A DNA stretch of 64,000 nucleotides from NCBI GenBank assembly GCA_965202805.1, contig OZ241869.1:1216001-1280000 (forward strand). Reading direction: 5' to 3'. Below, piece by piece: positions 50,262-60,695 of the stretch (position 1 is the stretch's first letter; the number at the start of each line of letters is the position of its first letter). Below the pieces are notes generated by a model, which worked only from the letters and a program-made list of their open reading frames with translations, was not told the DNA's origin and ran no database searches. Made by a program: the position numbers and the translations under genes. The DNA comes from Longimicrobiales bacterium (GTDB lineage: Bacteria; Gemmatimonadota; Gemmatimonadetes; Longimicrobiales; Gaopeijiaceae).

Positions 50262-53119
50262 GAGTTGCCGCCGGCTCTCTTGCCGACGCCCGCGACCCTC
50301 TTCCTCTCTTCCTCCAGCTGTTCAAGCGTCACGCCGTGCGTGATCCACGACGGAGCCGGATCGCCCTTCAGGTAGTGGCCGAACCACTCCAGGATGCGGC
50401 GGTGATAGTCCTTCTGGTTGGCTTCCTCGCGCAGTCCGTGATCCTCGCCCTCGTAGACCAGCAGCACCATCTGTTTCCCGGCGCGGCGCGCGAAGTTGTA
50501 GAACTCGGTGCCCTGGTCCCAGTCGACCACCCCGTCGTCGTCGCCGAAGGCCATGAGCAGCGGCGTCTCCAGATTGTGGACCTCGTGGATGGGCGAGTTG
50601 CGCCGGTGGGCCTCGGGATCCTCCCAGAAGGGAACCTCCATGCGCGCCTGGCCGGTCTCCCAGTGGTCGACCTCCGGGATCCCCGGGTTCCAGTGGATGG
50701 CGCCCATGAAGCTCACGAAATCGGTGAGCGGCGCACCGGCCACCGAGGCGGCGAAGATGTCGGTCCGAGTGGGCAGGAAGGTCGCCTGATAGCCGCCCCA
50801 GGAGTGCCCGATGAGCCCGACCGCGTCCGGATCGGCCACCCCCATGTCGACCACCCTGGCCACGGCCGCCCGCACCGACTCCAGCGCGCTGACGCCCGGG
50901 TCGCGCGCCCGGTAGACGATGTCCGGGAGGAGCACCGCGTAGCCGTGCTGGGTCCACGCCGTGAAGTTGTAGTAGTCCCGCTCGCTGGGCGGGCTGAAAC
51001 GGTGCATCCCGGGCGAGAGCATCTCGTAGGTGTAGACGATGGTCGGCACCGCCTGCCCGGGCTCGTAGCCCGCCGGATGGAGCAGCACCGCCTGCAGATC
51101 CCGCCCGCCCTCGCTCGTGAAGTCCACCAGTTCGGCCCGGCCCCACGCCACCTCCGCGATGAACGGGTTGATGTCGGTGACCCGGACCGCGTCGGCCAGG
51201 CCGGGACCTCCGACGAAGTAGTCGGGCGGGTCGTCGAAGGCCTGGGCGCGGTAGAGGAGGACGTCGGCGCTGTCCGCCCGCGCGAGGCCATCCACCAGGC
51301 GGTCCTCGAACACCAGCGTCTCCGGCGGCCCGGCCCGGCCTGACGCGAGGCGCGCGTAGCCCCGCTGCTCGGTCTTCTCGTCGTAGAGGGTCAGGTAGAG
51401 CGGGGCTCCGGGATCGATGCCGGGAGTGTCGTCGTCGGGCAGACGGGCGACCCGGTGCGTGACCCCGGTCTCGGCACCGCCGGTGAGCCGCGTCGCGCCG
51501 CTCCCGTCCAGCGCCACCCGCCAGATGTCGTGCTCGTCGTACAACAGCACGCCGGCGTCATCCTCCAGCCATCCCCCGGGCCCGAAGCCGAAGGGCGGGA
51601 TGACATCGGTGGGGACGTCGTATTCCGTGTTGGCGAAGGAGGTCGGCAGGCTCGAGGTCAGGTCGCGCCGCTCCCCGGTGGCCACCTCGAGGCTCCAGTA
51701 GTTGGCGCCGTCGTACCAGACCAGCCAGCCGCCGCCCGAACTCGGCCACTCGTAGCGGACCCGGGTGAGGAGTCGGCGCCGTTCCCCGCTCCCGACCTCG
51801 ATGGACCAGACATCGTGATACGGACGGCCGAACATCGCCCCGAAGGGATAGGGCCCGGAGATGTCTTCGAGGGCGAACTCCCAGCCCTGAAGCAGCGTCG
51901 CGTCCGCCATCAGGTCGGAGCCGACGGTTACGACCCGGTGCTCGTCAAGATGCCAGACCGCCGGCAGAGTGCGGGTCGCGTCCCGGGCCTCCGCCGCCCG
52001 CTGCTGCGGGAAGATGCGGACGTCCCGGCTGTGCCAGATCTGGAGTCCGGGAAGGTCGGGTTCCTCCTCGGGAGGGTCCGCAGGCCGTGGTTCCCCGGCG
52101 CCTGCCTCGCCGCCTTCCCCACTACCGGAGTCATCCGCGGCATCTTCCTCGCCGGGTCGGAGCCCGATGGAGATCATGGCCCCGTCGTCGGACCACCGCG
52201 GTGCCCGGTTCACGATCTCCAGCGTGTCGGCGATGCCGGTCACACGCTCGTCCAGGACGACCATCTCCAGCCCCCGGTCGAGGCCCCGCCACGCCAGTAC
52301 GTCGTAGGAGGAACCGTCGGCCGAGGCATCCTCCCGCGAGCGCAAGGCCGCCAGGTCGGTGGAGTTCGCCCGCCACCCCAGCCCCCGGTAGCGGGCGCCC
52401 GACGCGTCCGCCGACCGCAAAGTGCCCGAGCCGGCATCGTAGACCTGCACGCCGTTGCCCAGGTCGGTCCCGGTCGCGATCACCATCGCAAGCAGCGACC
52501 CCGGGGAACTCCACTCCATCTCGGCGACGTTGCCGAAGCTGGCCTCCGATCCCGTGGCCAGCGTCACGATCCGCAGGTCGGCACCCTTTCCCTCCGGGTC
52601 GTCGGGCGCATCTCCGCGCAGCGCGAGAAACCGTCCCGACGAATCGAAGCTCCGCCCCGAGACCGCATCGAACTCGCGCATCTCCCCGGTGGCCAGGTCC
52701 AGCAGCGCCGTCCCCTCCCGGAGTGTCTCGCCCTCCTCCTCGAGTCGTTCCCTCTCCTCCGGCGAGAGCCCCACGGTCCACGTCAGCCAGCGCCCGTCGG
52801 GGGAAAAAACCGGGGATCCGCCCCACGGGAAGACGCGCGTCGAGTCCTCGCCCATCCGCCGCACCCGCAGCTCCGCAGTCTCGTCGACGCGGCTTACCTC
52901 GTACGCGATCCAGTCTCCATGCGGCGAAAGCACCGCCGGCCCAAGGCTCTCCCAGCGTCCGTAGTCCTCGGGCGCGACGCGGGGAAGGTCCTGGGCGGAG
53001 AGCGGAAGCGCAACGGCGAGCAACCCCGCGGCCAGTCGGCCCATGGCGGAGCGAAGGCCGCGAGGCGAAAACGTTGGGCCGAGGATGGACACCGGGGAGA
53101 AGGCTGCGGATGAACTCAC
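50258..53119 (-). CDS. S9 prolyl oligopeptidase family serine peptidase, exported
   Basis: Beta-propeller repeats; GHSWGGY nucleophile, GDDDGVV, EDHGL; AAGGAG RBS before GTG at 53119. Confidence 0.92.
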   Translation of the reverse strand: MSSSAAFSPVSILGPTFSPRGLRSAMGRLAAGLLAVALPLSAQDLPRVAPEDYGRWESLGPAVLSPHGDWIAYEVSRVDETAELRVRRMGEDSTRVFPWGGSPVFSPDGRWLTWTVGLSPEERERLEEEGETLREGTALLDLATGEMREFDAVSGRSFDSSGRFLALRGDAPDDPEGKGADLRIVTLATGSEASFGNVAEMEWSSPGSLLAMVIATGTDLGNGVQVYDAGSGTLRSADASGARYRGLGWRANSTDLAALRSREDASADGSSYDVLAWRGLDRGLEMVVLDERVTGIADTLEIVNRAPRWSDDGAMISIGLRPGEEDAADDSGSGEGGEAGAGEPRPADPPEEEPDLPGLQIWHSRDVRIFPQQRAAEARDATRTLPAVWHLDEHRVVTVGSDLMADATLLQGWEFALEDISGPYPFGAMFGRPYHDVWSIEVGSGERRRLLTRVRYEWPSSGGGWLVWYDGANYWSLEVATGERRDLTSSLPTSFANTEYDVPTDVIPPFGFGPGGWLEDDAGVLLYDEHDIWRVALDGSGATRLTGGAETGVTHRVARLPDDDTPGIDPGAPLYLTLYDEKTEQRGYARLASGRAGPPETLVFEDRLVDGLARADSADVLLYRAQAFDDPPDYFVGGPGLADAVRVTDINPFIAEVAWGRAELVDFTSEGGRDLQAVLLHPAGYEPGQAVPTIVYTYEMLSPGMHRFSPPSERDYYNFTAWTQHGYAVLLPDIVYRARDPGVSALESVRAAVARVVDMGVADPDAVGLIGHSWGGYQATFLPTRTDIFAASVAGAPLTDFVSFMGAIHWNPGIPEVDHWETGQARMEVPFWEDPEAHRRNSPIHEVHNLETPLLMAFGDDDGVVDWDQGTEFYNFARRAGKQMVLLVYEGEDHGLREEANQKDYHRRILEWFGHYLKGDPAPSWITHGVTLEQLEEERKRVAGVGKRAGGNS

Positions 53120-53327
53120 GGGAATCTCCTTGATCCAGGCGATGTCGGGGCAGCAAGGCGCATCGTGTCCCGCCGGGGGGTGGCGCCGTCCCGGGCCACG
53201 GTCCGGTTGCCGCGGCGCAGCAGGGAAGATAACCACCGCGAGCACTCTTTCCTCGGGCTCGCCGGCTCCATCCGCTGGCGGTCAACCAGGCTGTGCAGGT
53301 CGGACCATCGATCAGGCGTTCCCTCCT

Positions 53328-53774
53328 TCAGCCGGTCTGCGGCAACTTCCCTGTCACCCGTCGAAGCCCCTTCCGCACGCGCTCGACCCGCCGCCGGTTC
53401 ACGCCGAAGTCGTAGAGCCCGACGCGCGAGGCCGAGCGAACGTGGACGACCCCGTCATCGGGCGAATACCGGAACTCGAGGTCGTCGCGGAACCCGAAGA
53501 TCCGCGTCCGGCAAACCGCGTGCAGGCAGGTGTCCGTGGCCGTGACGATGCGCGTGCGCGGCATGGAGCGGACGACCTTCTCCAGTAGGCGCAGCGCACT
53601 GGCCGGATCGCCCGACACGGAAAACGGCGCCACCCGGTGAATCCGCCATCCGCCGGGCCGGCTGCTTACGTAGTTGAGCAGAAGTGGATGGAACGACCGC
53701 TCCGGGGGTCCTGTTTTGGACGGCATGGCGCCTGGCTCATCCACCCACGGCTCGCGTCCGGACGGCATGTGCAT
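53328..53774 (-). CDS. DUF1499 family protein
   Basis: LHAVCRTRIFGFRDDLEF, VHVRSASRVG..DFGVNRRRVE. Confidence 0.85.
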   Translation of the reverse strand: MHMPSGREPWVDEPGAMPSKTGPPERSFHPLLLNYVSSRPGGWRIHRVAPFSVSGDPASALRLLEKVVRSMPRTRIVTATDTCLHAVCRTRIFGFRDDLEFRYSPDDGVVHVRSASRVGLYDFGVNRRRVERVRKGLRRVTGKLPQTG

Positions 53775-53776
53775 CC

Positions 53777-54994
53777 TCAGAGCACCGGGCCGGCTGGTTG
53801 CTCCGTCCAGGAATCCTCCAACATCGGCACCACCTCCGCCAGCCCCGCCACCGCCTCATCCAACTGGGTGTCGGTGACGTAGGGTGCAGGGCCCAACCGC
53901 AGGGTGCTGCCCCGGAAGTCCACGTGGACACCGCGTGCCCGCAGCTGGCGGCAGATCTCCGCCGCAAGCGGCGACTCCAGGGCCAGGAAGCCGCCACGAC
54001 GCGACAACGGCACGGTCCGGTCGCGCGCCAGGACTGCGGGATCCAGGTCCAGCGCGTCGATCCCCGACGCCAGCCGTCGAATCCGGCGCAGACCCATCTC
54101 CCGCAACCGGCCGACTCCCAGTCCCTGCTCGCGGAAGAACGCGAACACCGCCGCGGCGCGGTAGTGGCTGACCGGATCGTAGGTCGCCCCGGCAAAACGA
54201 AGGTGTCCCTCGGCGTACGCGACGCCGTCGCCCGGCGCATGGGCACGGGCCGCGAACTCGGTGAACCACCCGGTCAGAACGGGCCGCAGCCGGCAGTCCC
54301 GGGGGAAGCGCAGGAAGCAGTTCCCTTCCCCCAGCTGGCAGTACTTGTACCCGCCTCCCACCACGAACGCGTTCTCGAGCCCCATCTTCACCACCGAGAA
54401 CGGGACCGCGTTGAGCGCGTGGTAGGCGTCCACGAGCAACTCCGCACCCACCCGCCCGCAGGTCTCCGCCAGCTCGCGCAGTCCATCCACAATGCGGGCA
54501 TCCCGATAAAGCACGGATGACACCAGCACCGCCGCCGCTCGATCGTCCACTGCCCGTGCGAGCCCCTCGGCCAGGGGCACCTCCCCGCGCGCCGGCACCC
54601 TGACGATCTCGAGCCCCTCGCACTCGAGCCGGTCGAGCTGTCGCCGGATGGTATGGAATTCACCGTCCGTGGTGACCAGACGGGGCCGGTCGCGCAACGG
54701 GAGCGCCGACAGGAAGCGGGTCACCAGCTCGTGGGTGTTGTGGCCGAGCGCGATGTGCCCGTCGGGGTCGTCCAGCAGTTGCCGGTAGCCCGCGCGCACC
54801 TTGTCGGCCATCCCGAACGCCCGCTCCCATTTGTCGTCCACATGCTCGGCGGCGTCGAGCCAGGCCTGTTGTTGAGCCTCGAAGGCGACATCCGGCCAGG
54901 CCTGGTGCGAATGCCCGGTCAGCAGCACGCGATCCGCCACGCGAAAGCGCGAGTAGTGGCTTGCCAGAGTGACGGATCCGCGCTGATTGCTCAA
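53777..54994 (-). CDS. Kynureninase-like class V PLP enzyme
   Basis: LTGHSHQAWPD, NTHEL, DGEFHT, VDAYH, GGGYKY.QLGEG, GATYDP, RLGPAPY. Start uncertain (TTG at 54994). Confidence 0.8.
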   Translation of the reverse strand: MSNQRGSVTLASHYSRFRVADRVLLTGHSHQAWPDVAFEAQQQAWLDAAEHVDDKWERAFGMADKVRAGYRQLLDDPDGHIALGHNTHELVTRFLSALPLRDRPRLVTTDGEFHTIRRQLDRLECEGLEIVRVPARGEVPLAEGLARAVDDRAAAVLVSSVLYRDARIVDGLRELAETCGRVGAELLVDAYHALNAVPFSVVKMGLENAFVVGGGYKYCQLGEGNCFLRFPRDCRLRPVLTGWFTEFAARAHAPGDGVAYAEGHLRFAGATYDPVSHYRAAAVFAFFREQGLGVGRLREMGLRRIRRLASGIDALDLDPAVLARDRTVPLSRRGGFLALESPLAAEICRQLRARGVHVDFRGSTLRLGPAPYVTDTQLDEAVAGLAEVVPMLEDSWTEQPAGPVL

Positions 54995-55259
54995 GATGAC
55001 ACCCTGGCAGCGGTTTCGATCGCGGCGTGCCGTCGAGGAGTTCGCAGCCACCCGTGCCTTCGAGGCTCCGCCGTCAGATGCGGCGCTCGCGTCGGGAATC
55101 GCACGTCGCCGCTCGCCAACAACATACTGAACGTCAGGCTGAATTCATTCGTCACACTGGACCGAAGACAGGCGATGGTGGCTGCAGGGCTGGGTTTCCG
55201 AGGCTGCGCGGTGTAGGCTGACTGCAACCCAGTACGCCCGCACCCCGGGAGGAAACGAG

Positions 55260-57926
55260 ATGGTTTCGCGTGTTCATCCATGCAGGACGTTCCTCTACGC
55301 CGCCATGCTCCTCCCGGCAACGTTGATTCCGGTCGGCACCGCGCACGCGCAGCTCCCGTCGCCGCCGGAGTTGGCGACGCTCTCCGTACCCCGCTTCGAC
55401 ATCGCCACCTCCCCCATCGAACTCACCGGCCCGGTGCGGCCCGGCGAATACCTCGGCGTGGTCGGCCCGCGCGCCGCATGGCTGGGGCTCGAGACCGGTG
55501 AAGCCGAGCTGTGGGTCCATCCGCTGAAGGTCGGCAACGGCTTCCGCCTGAGCTTCTCTGCCTCCGGCAACGCCGCGCCGGTTCCGGGGAGCGAAGTGGC
55601 GCGTACGGTTCGGGTGCGGCCCGAACTCACCACCATCACCTACAGCCACGCGGCCTTCCAGGTGCGCCAGCACATCCTCGCGCCCGCTGACACGGCCACT
55701 TCCGGCCTGCTCGTGCTGCTGCAGGTCGACGCTCCCCAACCCCTCGAGATCATCGCCGAATTCGAGCCCGTGCTGAACTACATGTGGCCGGGCTCGCTGG
55801 GCGGACAGTACGCGTACTGGGATGCGGAGCGCCGGCTTTTCGTTCTCTCGGAGAGCCTGCAGACCCGCAACGCGGTCGTGGGCTCGCCCTGGGCCACGAA
55901 CTCGGTCGAGCACCCCGCGCACCAGTTGGGCGAGGCCCCGCGCACGATGGTGATCCCCGTAGACCCGGAGCGGGCGAGGCGCGAGTTCATTCCGATCGCG
56001 ATCGCGGCCGGCACCGGTCTCCGTGAAACCGTCTTCGAGAGCTACCGGGGACTGGTCGCGAACGCCGAGGCGCTCTACTACGACAAGCGGTTGTGGGCCA
56101 GTCGGGCCCTCGAGTCCACCGTCTCCATCGAGACCCCCGATCCCGAGCTGGATCTCGCGCTCGAGTGGGCGAAGATCAACCTGGAGGAACAGCGGGTGTG
56201 CAACCCGGATCTGGGGTGCGGCTTCGTCGCCGGGTGGGGGTTGTCGCGCAACGGCACCCGCCCCGGGTTCGGCTGGTTCTTCGGCGGCGATGCGGCCATC
56301 AACACGTTCGCCATGGACGCGCTGGGCCAATGGGACCTGGTGGCCGAGGAGCTGGCGTTTCTCGCCCGCTACCAGCGCGCCGACGGCAAGATCACCCACG
56401 AAATCTCGCAGGCCGCGGCGCACGTCGACTGGTTCGGCGAATACCCTTACGCGTACTACCACGCGGACACCACGCCGTACTGGATGCTCGCGCTCTACGA
56501 GTACTGGCGGGCCAGCGGCGACGACGAGCTGGTGCGCGAGCTGTGGCCGGCCTACCGGCGTGCGTGGGCGTGGTGCCTCAGCGCCGAGACCGACGGCGAC
56601 GGCATCATCGAGAACACGGTGGGCGGTCTCGGCGCGGTCGAGGTGGGGGGGCTGGGGGAAGCGATCCATCAGGATGTCTACCTGGCCGCGGTGTGGGTGG
56701 CTGCGCTCGATGGGGCGCGCGTGCTGGCTCGGCACATGGGCGACGACGAGATCGAGGAGGACGCGGGGCTCCTCGGGATCAGCGCGCGGTCAACGATGAA
56801 CAGCGGATACTGGCGCGAAGCCGAGGGACATCACGCCTTCGGCATCCTTCGCGGAGGCGGCACAAACGACAACCTCACGGTGTGGCCCGCCACCGCGGCG
56901 GCCTTCGGACTGCTCAACGACCGCGAGGCTCGCTCGACACTTGCCCGTATCGCCGGCGACCGCGTCTCGTCCGACTGGGGCGCGCACATGCTCTCGACCG
57001 AGAGTGACCTCTATGACCCGCTCCAGTACAACATGGGCACGGTGTGGCCCTTCGTGACCGGGTTCGCGGCGTGGGCGCAGTACCGCCACCGCCGTCCATG
57101 GGCGGGCTTCCATCTCATCGACGCCGTCAAGCAGATGACATTCGACTGGAGCCTGGGCCGGCACCCGGAGCTGCTATCGGGGAGCTTCTATCAGCCCCTC
57201 GACCAGACCGTGCCGCACCAGTTCTTCGCGACCTCGATGCTCGTGACGCCGCTGCTCAGGGGCGTCGTCGGCTGGCGGCCGGACGCGCCCCTTGGACGGG
57301 CCCGGCTTGCCCCGCAGCTGCCGCCCGACTGGCCGGAGGCGACGGTGCGCGGCCTGCGCGCCGGCAACACGACGCTGGATGTGGAGATTCACCAGGACTG
57401 GACGTCCGCCGGGGGCCGGCAGCGAGCGATCATCCGCTGGCAAGGTCCCCGGCTGGATCTCGACTTCGTTCCGGATGTGCCCGCGGGAGCGCGGAATCGG
57501 TCCGTCACCGTGGACGGCGTCCCCACGTCGTCCACAGCAGCCGTCCGGGTCGAGGTGGGTCGCGACGCACCCGTACCGGAGGGTCCCGAATCCGAAGGCG
57601 TGGACCAGGACGACGTCACCGAGATCGAGGTACGATGGGAGGGCGGACTGGCGGTGGCCCCGCCCCGCATCGACCTGGTGCCGGGTCAGCGCAGCACGGG
57701 CCTCCGGATCATCGACCTGGTGGCCGACGGGGATGGTTGGCTGCTGACCCTCGAGGGCACACGGGGACGCGACTACGATGTTGAACTCTTCGGCACGCCG
57801 ATCGACGCTGCTCCGACCGACGCCGCCGCGAGCGCATCCGGCCGAACGGAGGGTACGATCCGCGTGAGCTTCGCCGGCGAGGGGAGCCGCGCGACGACGG
57901 TTGTGAGGCTCAACCCCGGGGCATGA
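55260..57926 (+). CDS. Exported (alpha/alpha)6 glycoside hydrolase (amylo-alpha-1,6-glucosidase/GDE-like)
   Basis: Signal peptide; GFGWFFGGDA, QRADGKITHE, HADTTPYW, DGDGIIEN, YNMGTVWPF, PELLSG; GGAGG RBS. Confidence 0.8.
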   Translation: MVSRVHPCRTFLYAAMLLPATLIPVGTAHAQLPSPPELATLSVPRFDIATSPIELTGPVRPGEYLGVVGPRAAWLGLETGEAELWVHPLKVGNGFRLSFSASGNAAPVPGSEVARTVRVRPELTTITYSHAAFQVRQHILAPADTATSGLLVLLQVDAPQPLEIIAEFEPVLNYMWPGSLGGQYAYWDAERRLFVLSESLQTRNAVVGSPWATNSVEHPAHQLGEAPRTMVIPVDPERARREFIPIAIAAGTGLRETVFESYRGLVANAEALYYDKRLWASRALESTVSIETPDPELDLALEWAKINLEEQRVCNPDLGCGFVAGWGLSRNGTRPGFGWFFGGDAAINTFAMDALGQWDLVAEELAFLARYQRADGKITHEISQAAAHVDWFGEYPYAYYHADTTPYWMLALYEYWRASGDDELVRELWPAYRRAWAWCLSAETDGDGIIENTVGGLGAVEVGGLGEAIHQDVYLAAVWVAALDGARVLARHMGDDEIEEDAGLLGISARSTMNSGYWREAEGHHAFGILRGGGTNDNLTVWPATAAAFGLLNDREARSTLARIAGDRVSSDWGAHMLSTESDLYDPLQYNMGTVWPFVTGFAAWAQYRHRRPWAGFHLIDAVKQMTFDWSLGRHPELLSGSFYQPLDQTVPHQFFATSMLVTPLLRGVVGWRPDAPLGRARLAPQLPPDWPEATVRGLRAGNTTLDVEIHQDWTSAGGRQRAIIRWQGPRLDLDFVPDVPAGARNRSVTVDGVPTSSTAAVRVEVGRDAPVPEGPESEGVDQDDVTEIEVRWEGGLAVAPPRIDLVPGQRSTGLRIIDLVADGDGWLLTLEGTRGRDYDVELFGTPIDAAPTDAAASASGRTEGTIRVSFAGEGSRATTVVRLNPGA

Positions 57927-58247
57927 GCGGTCGCTGACCCCGTTGCCCGGGCACTCTGCCGCTCACAGATCCGTGACCAGGCGGAGACCCGCCTCAATTC
58001 GGCTCATGAGCACTGCCGGAATCTGTCCGGAGCACTCGGCAGGATGGTCCTCATCCACGGTCACGAGCTGGGTCACGTTGGCGACGGAGTCCCTCGGCAA
58101 TCATCGTCCGGAGCCTGCTTCGGTTGACCGTGGCATAACCGCAACCCGTGCGGTGAAGCCTGGCGCAACGTATTAGTTATTGGCTAGGGGGCGGTGTGTG
58201 GCTGCGGACACGGAGCAGACCTCTCCCGACCGTCTCGAGGACAGCGT

Positions 58248-60695
58248 ATGAAGCGACTTTCCCAGGGCTCGGTTCTCCTCGCAACGTGGTCCCTGGCCAG
58301 CCTTGGACTGATCCTGGGCGCCGGCAGACCCGATGTCGTCCGAACCGCATCCCTCCAGAGCCTTGCAGGCTCGGAGGTCTCGTTCGCGACGGGGTCCCCG
58401 GCGGCTCCCTCCCCCGCGCTGCCGTCACCCGCGCTCACGGCCGTAGTCCGGCAATACTGCGTCGTCTGCCACAACGACGCGCTCCTCACGGGCAACCTCT
58501 CGCTGCAGCACTTCGCCGTGGAGCACGCCCCGGAGAAGCGCGAGACGTCGGAGAAGATGATCCGCAAGCTGCGCGCGGGGATGATGCCGCCGCCCGGGAT
58601 TCCGCGGCCGTCCGCCGATACCCTGCTGTCGCTGGTCGAAACGCTCGAGTCGTCCGTGGACGAGGCTGCCCGAGCGGCTCCCAATGTGGGCACGCGGCGG
58701 TTTCAGCGTCTCAGCCGGCCCGAGTACGAGCGCGTCGTCCACGAACTGCTGGGAATCGAGGTGAACGCGGACAACTGGCTCCCGGCGGACCTGCTGGTGG
58801 GGAGCTTCGACAACATGTCCGCGGCGCAGGGGCTCTCGACGACGCTGCTGGACTCCTACCTGAAGGCCGCCATCGACGTCAGCCGGCTCGCCATCGGCAA
58901 CCCGCAGGCCCTTTCCTCCACCACCAAGCACCGCAACCCCCTGGAGGTGTCGCAGCACGCCTGGGAACAGGTCGAGGGCGCGCCCTTCGGCACCAGGGGC
59001 GGAATGGTGGTGACGCACGACTTCCCCGCGGACGGCGAGTACGTCTTCCGGGTGGAGACGGAGTTCGGCAGCGGCAACCAGGTCGCCGCCGAGGACATCG
59101 ACATCTCCATCGACGGGGAACCGGTCGCGCTCCTCAGGCTCGAGTACAACGCCGTGCGCACCGTGCCCGCCATCGAAACCGAACCCATCTTCGTGCGGGC
59201 CGGACAGCGCAAGGTCTCGGCGGCATTCGTCAATGTCATCGAGGGTCCCTACGAGGACCGCTTCAGCCCCGCTGCATGGTCGGCCGCGGGCACGGCGGGG
59301 GGCAGCTACGGAGTAACCGGCCTCACGCACCTGAAGGAGCTGCTCATCACGGGGCCGACCAACGTCTCGGGGGTGGCGGAGACCGAGAGCCGGCGGCGGA
59401 TCTTCACCTGCCGTCCATCCGTGCCCGAGGAAGCCCGTGCCTGTGCCGAGTCGATACTCGCCGGGCTCGCCACGCGCGCCTACCGGCGGCCCCTGCCGGC
59501 CGCCGATGTCGCCGACCTGATGAGCTTCTACGACGCAGCCGAGGCCGAGGGAGGCTTCGAGACCGGGGTGCAGATGGGCCTGCAGGCGATCCTGGTGTCC
59601 CCGGAATTCGTCTTCCGGCTGGAGCGCGAGCCCGCCGGCACCCGGCCGGGCGAGGGCTACCCCCTGAGCGACATCGACCTCGCCACCCGCCTCTCCTTCT
59701 TCCTGTGGGCGACGGTGCCGGACGAGGAGTTGCTCCAGGTCGCGGGGAGCGGTCGGCTCTCGGATCCGGAGGTGCTGGAGGCGCAGGTCGAGCGCATGCT
59801 TCGGGACCCCCGCTCCGAGACCCTCGCCACCCGCTTCGCCCACCAGTGGCTGAGGCTGCAGGACGTGGGCAAGGTGTGGCCGGAGTCGTACCTCTACCCC
59901 GACTTCTCGCAGCAACTGGCCGATGCCATGGTGCGGGAAACCGAGCTGCTCTTCGATTACCTGGTTCGCGAGGACCGGAGCCTGCTCGAACTTCTCGATG
60001 CGGACTACACCTTCCTCAACCGGCGGCTCGCGCGGCACTACGGGATCGAAGCGGACTTCCGGGGCGACGACTTCCGCCTCGTTCGCTACCCGGACGACCG
60101 CCGCCGTGGCGTGCTCGGCCACGGGAGCGTCCTGCACCTCACCTCCATGTCGGGCCGGACCTCGCCCGTGTTGCGCGGGAAGTGGGTGATGGAGGTGCTG
60201 ATGGGAACGCCGCCACCGCCCCCGCCGCCCAACGTCCCGACGCTCGAGGGAAGTCCGGACGCCGAGGGGGACCGCATCCTGACCACGCGCGAGCGCATGG
60301 AACTGCACCGGTCCAGCCCCGTATGCAGCTCCTGCCACAATTTCATCGATCCCATCGGCCTGGCACTCGACAACTTCGACGTGACCGGCCGCTGGCGGGT
60401 GCGCGAGAACATGGCCCCGCTGGACACTCGCGGCACCTTCTACGACGGCACCGCCCTGAGCTCGCCTTCGGAGCTGGCGGCGGTGCTCCTCAAGCGTCCG
60501 ATCCCGCTCGCCCGCAATTTCACCGAGCATCTGCTTTCGTACGCAATCGGGCGGCCCGCCGACCATCTCGATCAGCCGACCATCCGCGCCATCACGCGGG
60601 CGGCGGCGGACCGAAACTACAGCATCTCGTCGATCGTGGTGGGAGTCGTCAGGAGCGCTCCCTTCCGCATGCGACAAACCCAGGAGGTTCAATGA
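58248..60695 (+). CDS. DUF1592/DUF1588/DUF1595 (PSD/PSCyt) domain cytochrome c-like protein
   Basis: YCVVCH, KLRAGMMPP, RLSRPEY, RAYRRP, SPEFVFR, LATRLSFFLW..PD.ELL, TSPVLRGKWV, CSSCH..IDPIG. Confidence 0.9.
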   Translation: MKRLSQGSVLLATWSLASLGLILGAGRPDVVRTASLQSLAGSEVSFATGSPAAPSPALPSPALTAVVRQYCVVCHNDALLTGNLSLQHFAVEHAPEKRETSEKMIRKLRAGMMPPPGIPRPSADTLLSLVETLESSVDEAARAAPNVGTRRFQRLSRPEYERVVHELLGIEVNADNWLPADLLVGSFDNMSAAQGLSTTLLDSYLKAAIDVSRLAIGNPQALSSTTKHRNPLEVSQHAWEQVEGAPFGTRGGMVVTHDFPADGEYVFRVETEFGSGNQVAAEDIDISIDGEPVALLRLEYNAVRTVPAIETEPIFVRAGQRKVSAAFVNVIEGPYEDRFSPAAWSAAGTAGGSYGVTGLTHLKELLITGPTNVSGVAETESRRRIFTCRPSVPEEARACAESILAGLATRAYRRPLPAADVADLMSFYDAAEAEGGFETGVQMGLQAILVSPEFVFRLEREPAGTRPGEGYPLSDIDLATRLSFFLWATVPDEELLQVAGSGRLSDPEVLEAQVERMLRDPRSETLATRFAHQWLRLQDVGKVWPESYLYPDFSQQLADAMVRETELLFDYLVREDRSLLELLDADYTFLNRRLARHYGIEADFRGDDFRLVRYPDDRRRGVLGHGSVLHLTSMSGRTSPVLRGKWVMEVLMGTPPPPPPPNVPTLEGSPDAEGDRILTTRERMELHRSSPVCSSCHNFIDPIGLALDNFDVTGRWRVRENMAPLDTRGTFYDGTALSSPSELAAVLLKRPIPLARNFTEHLLSYAIGRPADHLDQPTIRAITRAAADRNYSISSIVVGVVRSAPFRMRQTQEVQ

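Noticed and set aside
55000..55259. Possible structured RNA or riboswitch upstream of the GDE-like hydrolase (CTGGGTT...AACCCAG pairing)
   Set aside because: No family consensus that I can recognise, and short pairings are common at this GC content. An Rfam/Infernal scan would decide.
57927..58247. Intergenic region with short stems and an AT-richer patch upstream of the DUF1592 operon
   Set aside because: Probably a promoter region, but I cannot support any specific motif or RNA family.
58196..60691. 1832-aa ORF suggesting a giant TBDT fusion
   Set aside because: The N-terminal 832 aa are Arg/Pro/Gly-rich off-frame translation of the DUF1592 gene. The real start is the ATG at 60692, which has an RBS and a signal peptide.
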